Assembly (NCBI GenBank): GCA_011109175.1
Contig: RDEW01000077.1
Span: 121,133-165,531, forward strand
Source of the DNA: Dicyema japonicum
Lineage: Eukaryota; Animalia; Dicyemida
Reading direction: 5' to 3'
DNA length: 44,399 nt
Of this stretch, positions 36,680-44,399 are shown one piece after another; within the stretch, counting starts at the first letter, position 1; each line of letters begins with the position of its first letter. Both the position numbers and the translations under genes were made by a program. Below the pieces are notes generated by a model that worked only from the letters and a program-made list of their open reading frames with translations, was not told the DNA's origin and did no database searches.

Positions 36680-37540
36680 ACTAACAGGAGTACTATGGTC
36701 AACTGGCTTCCTAAGAAAATTTTACTTCAAGATACACATGTTTTCAATGTTCAGGACTGGCAACGACAAATTCACGGTATTCATGCCTTTTAAGCCAAAC
36801 AGTTTTTCAACCTTTGCCTATGAAATAATGAAAACTCACGTGGATAAATTATTATTTTTCTTTTCTCATGACAGCAGTAACAATTATAAGAAAAATCAAA
36901 ACGACAGCTACAACACTTGGCGCAAGAATATGATTACGATAGTTGAAGGCGTCTTCTATGATCTCTGCAACTGATTACTTTGAGACTAACCTTCACCGAG
37001 GACTTATAGGGCCATACTTTTAGTAATAAGTGATCGTGCTTTGAACATACACTAATAAATTCCGGTGTCAGTTGTTGAAGGCGTCTTCTATGATCTCTGC
37101 AACTGATTACTTTGAGACTAACCTTCACCGAGGACTTATAGGGCCATACTTTTAGTAATAAGTGATCGTGCTTTGAACATACACTAATAAATTCCGGTGT
37201 CAGTTGAGTTTCTTGAGTGGTTGATCTTTAGAAAGCTACGATTAACTTTGAATCAGTTAAGTGGCTAATGTTTTTTTAGCTGTTCTTAGTTGATACAACT
37301 CCGTCCTTGGTCCACCACATGATTGGTTCCTCATCTCCCGAAAATTTAACTCTGGCTGTGTATTACAAAGTCGAGACATTTGAGTTTATATTGATGGTTG
37401 GAGGAAGGTGAATAATGAAGTATGAAGGTTCTATCAGGTGGTTATAAGGTGCTTACGAGTATAATTAGCGTGAGCTAAGTAATTTGTGCCCCCAAATTGT
37501 TGCTAATGACGGTTTGAATGTTACCGAATATTGAAAGTGT
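36680..37540 (-). pseudogene. Ig-superfamily (I-set-like) single-pass membrane protein pseudogene with tiny introns
   Basis: SNNLG (end of one Ig domain); 26-nt GT-AG at 37431-37456; PSYFIIHLPP...FSGDEEPIMWWTKDG; FKVNRSFLKINHSRNSTDTGIY*C...AL*VL; phase-1 20-nt GT-AG at 37103-37122 (duplicate 36971-36990); TM ILAPSVVAVVLIFLIIVTAVM followed by RKEK (36855-36929); 22-nt GT-AG at 36818-36839. Many stops. Confidence 0.65.
36942..37205. repeat. Perfect tandem duplication, 2 x 132 bp
   Basis: gttgaaggcgtcttctatg...ccggtgtcagtt at 36942-37073 and 37074-37205; no differences seen. Confidence 0.95.
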
Positions 37541-38340
37541 CAAAAGGCTTGGAGCCGCAGAGACATGGTAGGCCTGGAGCCGTTCTTATCAGCTTTCCCT
37601 GCCTTTCGCGTTCTCTAAGAATAATGCTATATGCTGGAATTCTTTCAATGATTTGCTAGTGTCATCTAGTCAACATCGCCGTGCCTGTTTGTTGTCAGGA
37701 GCATCTGCCTAGTTCAACGCCATTCCGAATGGAGTTTTGGGTACCTTTCTAGATGATGAATGCATCCGTGTTGGAATCTAATTACGACTGGGATTTAAAG
37801 TCTGTGTTCCATATCCATGCCGATGTGGAGACTGATAGACTGTTTTGGCCTCTCCTGCAGGAAGAGTGCAGGCAGATTTCCCAAACACATGGCCGAAGTC
37901 GCTAGGCAAGCATTGGACGCCGCCGGACAGCCCTCTATGCTTGAACCAGTCAGTATTTGCAGGCGGGATGGAAAAGACCAGCTGAGATGACAATATTCTC
38001 TTTTGAAGACGGGAAACCTCTTGTCTGGGACGTCACCTGCACCGACACGTTTTCCCCTTGCAACCTGCAATAATAATAACCTACTCAAGAGTGCTTCTGG
38101 AGCCTGTTCTGCCACTGAGAAGGCCGAGAGGTTGAAATTGGTAAGGTACACGATTCTACCCAAGGATTTTTTGTTAGCTCTATTCGCCGTTGAGACGTCT
38201 GGTTCCCTCGCGTCTGCGACGCTGGAATTCTTGAGTCGTCTAGGGAATCCGATTGCTACACAATCAGGAGACCCTCGTGAGTAACCTTCACTTCCCTCTT
38301 AAATGATTAATCTTTTCAGGATTATCAAATCGGTAAACTC
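37540..38340 (+). mobile_element. CRE-like element, 3' part (CCHC + RLE), frameshifted
   Basis: [71 protein letters not shown]...GDPRE. Confidence 0.8.
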
Positions 38341-38399
38341 TGGAAAGCTAGAATCGAATATCTTTCTAAAATTAATAAACGTACTGACTTTATTTCTAC

Positions 38400-39250
38400 T
38401 CTAAATCCTTATACTGGAGCTCAAATCTTTTGGAGAACCCTTCAAGAGGATAAATTTCGGACAGACGTTCCCTCAAGTGGTCTCTCTAAAAAAAATTGTG
38501 TCATCCTTCCGTGACCAAGCCAACTTATTAATGGGTCGTTATGTGAAGATGAACCACCTCCCTACCCCAAAAGGACTCCACTGTAAGAGGCCGTATGCTC
38601 TGAGGTCAACAGACTTTTTCATTATTCCGCAATCTCTAATTACTCAACTTGTTAACAACTCTCGAAACTTGAATGCAAGAGGGTCTGACGGTCTTGCCAT
38701 AGATCATCAAAAAATCTATGACCGAACGGGCTTTGCTTTAACCAATTTAATCTACCACTCAATTAATCACGGATCAGTACCTATGATCTGAAAGAAATCC
38801 CTGATCATTACTATTTTGAAACCTAACCGCAACCCTTCTGATCCTTCCTAACGTCCTATTTTTTTGTCTGTTGTATCGAAATTTTTGAGAATTCTACTAT
38901 TTTTAATCAAACCTTACTTGTCATTTTCCGAATTCAGCTCATCTTTCAGAACTGACTCAATTTATTGCCGATGGATGAGCGTATTCCGCCTATTGTTGAC
39001 GGAAGAGAAACTTCCTTATTGTTCCGTCCACTTGGACCGCCTACGTTGTGGTCATCACTTGAATTTACATTCATATCTGTACAGGATTGGACGATCGTCC
39101 CCTCCACCATGTCCATCGTCCCTTCTTGAAGACCAGAAGATGGGTCACCTCTTCTCTTGTCCGGGTCCACCGACTGGTTCTTTTCAGAACCAAATATACC
39201 TGTCGGGTCTCTAGGAGCGTCTGCTCTTGATTGTAACGTTTTTGTTACCC
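38400..39250 (+). mobile_element. Internally deleted LINE (RT N-terminus joined to the terminal CCHC)
   Basis: NARGSDGL...GSVPMI*KKSLIITILKPNRNPSDPS*RPI, then directly RLRCGHHLNLHSYLYRIGRSSPPPCP...HLFSCP. Confidence 0.75.
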
Positions 39251-39449
39251 ACCTGTTTCTCTCACTTGAATGGACTGGGGGTAAATAAATTAAATGTCCC
39301 CTGAGTCTGTTACTTCGTCCACGTTAACATGAAGAAGGAAATACGAGCTTGAACAAAAGAACATNTGGACTGGGGGTAAATAAATTAAATGTCCCCTGAG
39401 TCTGTTACTTCGTCCACGTTAACAGGAAGAAGGAAATACGAGCTTGAAC

Positions 39450-40230
39450 AAAAGACATTTCTCGCATTAGTGTACCACTTCAACCTTCAGACCCCCAATA
39501 TATTCAAAAGAAGTTAAGAATTCGTTAGGGAGTCCGATTTCAATAACAATAGCTTCCCTCTCGTATCGGCCTGTTGGGTTAACAACCATAATTGATGCTT
39601 TCCATTTAAATCTCCACAAATGATGATCTTATCGTAGATAGCCAATCTTGATAGGTTTGAAATAACATAGTCCTTTGGGCAGGAGCCGGGAGGAGGCAAA
39701 TACATATTCACGAGGCACAGACTTCCTTTCGTTGTCTTAAGCGAGATTCCAATTGCCTCAGTAACCTCGTCATTTCCAACAAGTTTTTTCACTTCCGAAG
39801 TAATGTCTCTGTATTTCAGGTTCTTTTTGAATAGAGTAAGTAGTCCACCCCCTCTTCTCTTTTTACGGTCCATCCTGATAGCCTCGTATCCAGGGAATAA
39901 ATGAGTGGGATTATTCATGCGGAGTTTAGTTTCTTGAATCATGGCCACGTCGATCTTCTGATTTGCCAGGATTGAATAAAGTTCCCTGACCTTGTTTTTA
40001 ATTCCGTTGATGTTCAATTGGAGAGTAGTAAATTTCCTTTCTCCACAGTGGGCTGAGGGTTTACGCCGGGAATATTTGGACTTTTTTGAAGCACATCGCC
40101 GGGGGTCGATAATGACCCCGGGAGGAAATGGTCTAATGGTCCTTTTTGGGAGGGCATTAGAAGCCCTCTAGGCGTTGCCAAATCCTTTTGAATTTTTTGA
40201 ATTGGTGGACCACATAACGCCACGCTACAG
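39450..40230 (-). mobile_element. LINE 5' part with a well-preserved APE endonuclease domain
   Basis: LQLNINGIKNK...DVAMIQETKL...RMDRKKRRGGGLL...LVNMYLPP...ICGDLNGKHQLW. Confidence 0.9.
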
Positions 40231-40610
40231 TTATTTAAACAATTTCAGATAGACCCTACATCCCTAAGCCGCCTTCGGTCGCTGTTCTTCAGATAGACAC
40301 AGCGTTCATCAATCAAAGTATGATTTTCCGTAATTCGTGGATTATCATAACTTGCATTAATATCAATTTTGGTGAATTAGTGGGTTGATTGGGTTGAAAA
40401 CCATTTACAGTTTGCCTGATCAGAAATTTGGAAACGGTATCTTGGTTCTCATCCAATTGCCACACAAACTATTTGATAAAAAAAAAAGTTAGACCTGTTG
40501 ACAACACATGCAGGCGACCCACATTAAAATCTTGTCTTGATGTCATAATATATCCCATATGATAGATAAACTGCGACGAGCACAAATTTGAGTTAAAAGA
40601 GTAAATTTTT

Positions 40611-40885
40611 TTAAGAAAAATCCGTGTTAAGCGGAATCTGAAGGGAAAATAAGTCATCCGTACGCAATGTTGCATGGGGAATTTTTCTAAAGGAGTCGAC
40701 AATCCGACCACGTGGAAGTGAGTGCACTCCGCATTCATTGAAAGAAATTTATCAGCCTTAAGGACTTTGTTATTGCAAAATGTAATTTGAGCAGATCTCC
40801 CACTGAGATAATTTAACGAGTGAAGAAAATCATTACATAATTTACCTGCTAATTCTTTTTTTTGAATTTTGTCAACAGTCAACAT
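40611..40885 (-). CDS. GEMIN7: Gemin7-like SMN-complex protein, intronless, with a 1-nt frameshift at ~40681-40686 (pseudogene or indel error)
   Basis: MLTVDKIQKKELAGKLCNDFLHSLNYLSGRSAQITFCNNKVLKADKFLSMNAECTHFHVVGLSTPLEK, then +1 nt gives IPHATLRTDDLFSLQIPLNTDFS*. By eye this aligns to remembered human Gemin7 YLRSLLAMVG...F...FYVSQLQTPIG...ALLRCSDIIS. Length 275 nt = 3n-1. Confidence 0.7.
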
Positions 40886-40989
40886 TAATTGCCACAAAGT
40901 AAAAATATTTAAAATTCAAATTTTACATATCAAAATAACATATATTATAAATAGAAGATAAAGATTATTGTGTTATCGTTTTTAAATGG

Positions 40990-41170
40990 GGAGACAACAA
41001 TGTCTCCAACAATAGCTTGATCATAACTATTCCGCCAGACAATTGCGCCGACCGTGGAATATGCCTCTGTGAGTGTAGATTCGCGTTATCAGAGGCCACT
41101 ATCCAAAAACTAAACTTACTGCAAAGGAAAACAATCCGTATGTTGGGACCACAATGTGGAACAAAAATAC
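40990..41170 (+). mobile_element. LINE C-terminal fragment
   Basis: APTVEYASV / ALSEATIQKLNLLQRKTIRM. Confidence 0.5.
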
Positions 41171-41179
41171 CTCCCCTGC

Positions 41180-41810
41180 TGACGGAATCTACAACTCGTA
41201 GATGTGCTTCCGGATTGTTTTGGCATGCTTGAGATCAGTATCACAAGGAGTATGATTCGCAGGCGTCCACATAAACGTGATCCAGTCTCAACAAAGTACT
41301 CCTCCATCGCTATATTAGCTGAGGTATCCATTTTCAATCTCAGTACATGTCCGAAGAGCCTCCATCTCAAATAAGTGATCCCGAGACTCAAAGGACCAGT
41401 GGAACAAACATTATATAAAGCTTTCGTATTTATTTTTCTTGGCTAATTCAATCCGAGCATTGTCCTTAGCTGCCTTTGATGAAAGGAGTCTATTCCCTTT
41501 CCTCAGCCATTGCCCACGTTGATGAATTATATAATAGGACTTGTTTAACAAGGGCATTGAATTATAGCCTTAGCCGAGATGATGTACTTGATCGTCTTTC
41601 GTCAATCCATTTTTTTAACAATGTTCAGTGCAGCTGTAGCAAGGGTCTTTTTTTGAATGAGTTTATTGGGATTTACTTTCAGTAACCGAGTAAGGACTGA
41701 TCTATGTCTCGATATGAAGTCGAATTCGTCATCATAAATGGATTCTGCTATGTCACCATAAAATTTTCGAAGGTCACGTAGCGCCATCTTCAAATACAGT
41801 AAAGTCCCTT
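41180..41810 (-). mobile_element. RTE-clade LINE 3' half, decayed
   Basis: KKTLATAALN, IDSFHQRQLRTML, GPLSLGITYLRWRLFGHVLRL...ANIAMEEYF. Confidence 0.8.
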
Positions 41811-41889
41811 AAATTGGCCCAAAATTGTTCCTGAACTATTTGTGGCCAGTTTGGGAATTTGAAACGTCTGGGTTCTTTTTTTTAATTTT

Positions 41890-42400
41890 AATTTAAAAAC
41901 CAAGAATCACCGACAAAACAAAGGAAGGTAGTCAGATGATCTCGGCCCTTTTGAGCAGTCGCCTCATTTTTCCTCGGTGTTCCTCCCGAGTGCCGACACA
42001 CTTCCTGTACGGACGAATCACTTTTCGGAAGTTTATGGGTTTTGGCTGAGCTTCCGTTCTCCTCACGAGTTCCTCGAACGGAGTTAGTTTTAATGACGAC
42101 GAGGAGGATCTTTGTAGGGTTTTCGTTACTGTCTCTTAGAAGGAGTTTAATTTTTTTAGGTTGGTGTGGGATATGTTAGTACTCCATGCCGCGAGCAGTA
42201 ACTGATTGACGGAAGTATATATTGGTTGACCTTCTACCTGAACAAATCTTCTGGTAGAGGTTACATTATGAAAACTATTGCGCCAAATATTGAAGTTATG
42301 TCCGCGATGGTAGAAATGGAAGAGGTCGGACCTACTTCTCCATCTCTCTTCGGAAGCCTGTAGTGTACTATTGGAGGATGGATTTGGTCGGCACAAGCAA
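41890..42400 (-). mobile_element. LINE 3' fragment related to the 4461-5032 type
   Basis: YILPSISYC / AAWSTNISHTNLKKL parallels YACAAWGSNLSATNLTKI. Confidence 0.55.
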
Positions 42401-42544
42401 ATGTTCTCCCTTGGGTTCCTTCCTTAGAGTGGTCGTTATGACTGTTTGTGCTGGGCTTACCGTAAGCGTGGGGTTAATAATAAACTATACAATACAACTT
42501 AGCTAACACTAAAGATTTACAAGAATGAAAATGTCCCCAATCAA

Positions 42545-43077
42545 TTATGACTTATTTAATCTTTTGTTAGCCAATTCATGACATGTCATTTTCTAATAAT
42601 AATAAATACTACCTTTGTCAGTTTATCCATTTCATCCTTTTGTCTATTTACTGCAATATAATATAAAAACATACACAACTCCTTAATATATAAATGAGGG
42701 GGATATGTGTGGGGGAAGTATACTCTCTATAATAATTATAATATTAACCTGAGGGAAGTTTGATCCATATTCATCAATCTTCAAAAACTGAATAATTTTC
42801 TCATAAATACTGTAATAAGTGCTAATATTACCATGGATTTCTAAAGTCCTTCCTAGACATTGCTTCATTTAAATCATAACCATTCTCTGCATAATTATCA
42901 AATTTATTCTATATTATAATTTTTATTACTTTTAATTCTGATGAAATGTTATTTAATTTATTATTTGACTCACATTCCATTTCATTGCACTCCTCATTAT
43001 GCTGTATCTAATAATAAATAATAATAAACATCATCCATTTCATCCTCGGAATTATATGATATTATTAATTTATCCAT
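42545..43077 (-). CDS. SAP30BP: SAP30-binding protein (HCNGP family), 7 exons, 133 aa
   Basis: Exons 43077-43030, 43007-42930, 42908-42832, 42809-42749, 42726-42675, 42650-42613, 42592-42545; GT-AG introns of 22, 21, 22, 22, 24 and 20 nt. Spliced core RKDFRNPCIYEKIIQFLKIDEYGSNFPQRVYFPH...QKDEMDKL matches remembered HCNGP KKEFRNPSIYEKLIQFCAIDELGTNYPKDMFDPH...QKIEMDKL. Confidence 0.92.
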
Positions 43078-43283
43078 GTCACACAATATTACTTATTTTT
43101 AAATTAATATTATTTTTTAATATATATTTGAGTTTTTATTATTACCAATAATAAATAATAATAAACATCATCAATTTCATCCTCGGAATTATATGATATT
43201 ATTAATTTATCCATGTCACACAATATTACTTATTTTTAAATTAATATTATTTTTTAATATATATTTGAGTTTTTATTATTACC
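43010..43283. repeat. Tandem duplication, 2 x 137 bp, covering the upstream region, exon 1 and most of intron 1 of SAP30BP
   Basis: catcctcgga at 43041 and 43178; one substitution seen (ATG GAT vs ATT GAT). Confidence 0.92.
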
Positions 43284-44010
43284 AAAACTTTAGTTGACTC
43301 TAGTTGACGTTTGAAAAAATCAGTTCATTACAAGAGAAAAATACGTTCTATACGACGTCTAATTGGCACTCGTTCTTTCCTGCTGGAATCGTCAAGAAAC
43401 AGTAAATCCAAATGTGTTTCCATGTCACTACCGGGAAATGGTCAGTTCTTCTTGAGACGTCACCCTTATTTCGATATTTATTAGAAGCTTATCTGAGTCG
43501 CACATGAAGCAATAATGATTATCATGTCTTAGAAGTCTTAATCAAGATATTTTTGGAGGTGGAATGTGATGAAAGTAATTGTAATGATGAGCACTTATAT
43601 TTCTGCATCTACAAACTGTAAATACATCACCCCCAAACATTGAATAGGCCTGTTTCGCGTGGAGATTTGCGATGTCCTCCCCAAGACTGATAAAATAAAC
43701 TCAATCAAACGAAGCACTTTGCATCTTATTCCTGCATCTATCCATCTCGCCCCCACCACTCTCAAATTCAAGAGAAACCATTTGATGATGATGCTAAGCA
43801 AGAAAATGTACTAGTATTAACCGATTGAGTTCCTTTGTATGAATTCACTGTACATTTTATGTAACACATAAAATCCCGCAAGGAGAGTTGTGGATTATTT
43901 GAAACTGTGAACACATAATTATTGGTTATTAATATATTTATTGTTGGTGATTAGGTTTTCTAATAATAATATTGTAAATGACAAGATATTGAATAAAGTA
44001 AAGTGAAAGA

Positions 44011-44399
44011 TTAAGGTGGTCCCCATATAATGACCTTCTCATCATCTGAACAACTAGCAATCATCATGTGATTGATAGGATTCCAGTGAACAGCATTAAC
44101 AGTAGCCTTATGTTGATCAAGTTTAAAAATGGTTTTATTTTTGTGAATATTCCAAATACAAACGTGATTATCTAAAAAGAAAGAAGGTAGAACTTTGAGA
44201 GCCAGAAGCAAAGAATGATTGTCCAAGTCCTCCAAATGATGCTCTAATATTGAATATAGAAATATTAGCACCAATAAAAGTATTAAGTTTAACCTTATTC
44301 CTAAAATCCCACAAAGTAATAGTCTATTGAATAATATAAAATATACAGAATTATTTAAAGAGAGTAAAAGATATTCTTCTAAGGAATCAAACTCAATGG
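44011..44399 (-). CDS. WDR26: WDR26/GID7-like WD40 protein, last three exons (5' part outside the window)
   Basis: Introns 44324-44346 (23 nt) and 44172-44193 (22 nt). Spliced: ITLWDFRNKVKLNTFIG...FNIRASFGGLGQSFFASGSQNNHVCIW...HKATVNAVHWNP...IASCSDDEKVIIWGPP*, matching the WDR26 end (SCFGG...FIASGSEDHKVYIW...GHTRTVNCVSWNP...ASASDDGTVRIWGP). Confidence 0.85.
   Translation of the reverse strand, partial: IEFDSLEEYLLLSLNNSVYFILFNRLLLCGILGIRLNLILLLVLIFLYSILEHHLEDLDNHSLLLALKVLPSFFLDNHVCIWNIHKNKTIFKLDQHKATVNAVHWNPINHMMIASCSDDEKVIIWGPP

Noticed and set aside
36680-36974. Plus-strand ORF (MFSMFRTG...) as a transposase
   Set aside because: It is antisense to the TM and cytoplasmic exons of the Ig relic, and has no catalytic motif.
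36820-37430. Non-standard genetic code (TAA/TAG = Gln), because DTGIY*C and AL*VL read well with Q
   Set aside because: The same relic also has an in-frame TGA and frameshifts. The intact SAP30BP and WDR26 exons contain no internal TAR, use CAA/CAG for Gln and end in TAA.
36940-37540. Penelope-like element with a pseudo-LTR
   Set aside because: The match was vague. The Ig motifs, phase-consistent tiny introns and TM helix explain the region much better.
39271-39458. 93-94 bp direct repeat
   Set aside because: The two copies directly flank an N (39365), typical of an unmerged contig overlap, so it is most likely an assembly artefact.
40672-40715. Tiny intron as the fix for the Gemin7 frameshift
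   Set aside because: The 22- and 25-nt GT-AG candidates give the wrong frame, and the 14-nt one deletes the conserved STP motif.
1-44399. tRNA, rRNA or snRNA genes; prokaryotic operons or defence systems
   Set aside because: None recognised by eye. The only tRNA-like signal is the degenerate SINE head. A covariance-model scan would be needed to exclude small RNAs.

Overview
This is AT-rich eukaryotic nuclear DNA, not prokaryotic. About 42 kb is a nested graveyard of decayed transposable elements: APE-type LINEs (Jockey/I/CR1-like, RTE), RLE-type non-LTR elements (CRE-like, R2/NeSL-like), a probable tRNA-headed SINE, hAT, pogo/Tigger, Tc1-like, two Ginger/TDD-like TGT...ACA integrase transposons and a possible BEL/Pao remnant. 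A large direct duplication (1-7597 vs 16248-26485, roughly 5% diverged) carries copy-specific insertions, so the empty sites confirm the target-site duplications (TSDs). The right end holds compact host genes that the ORF track misses because they are cut by ultra-short GT-AG introns of 20-24 nt: a 7-exon SAP30BP/HCNGP gene and the 3' end of a WDR26-like gene. There is also an intronless Gemin7-like gene with a 1-nt frameshift, and a decayed Ig-domain plus transmembrane receptor gene with the same tiny introns. An animal-like TE and Ig repertoire combined with ~22-nt introns suggests a reduced parasite genome (myxozoan, dicyemid/orthonectid or ascetosporean); this is inference only. All family calls come from manual translation and remembered motifs, not database searches. 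Boundaries of decayed fragments are approximate.
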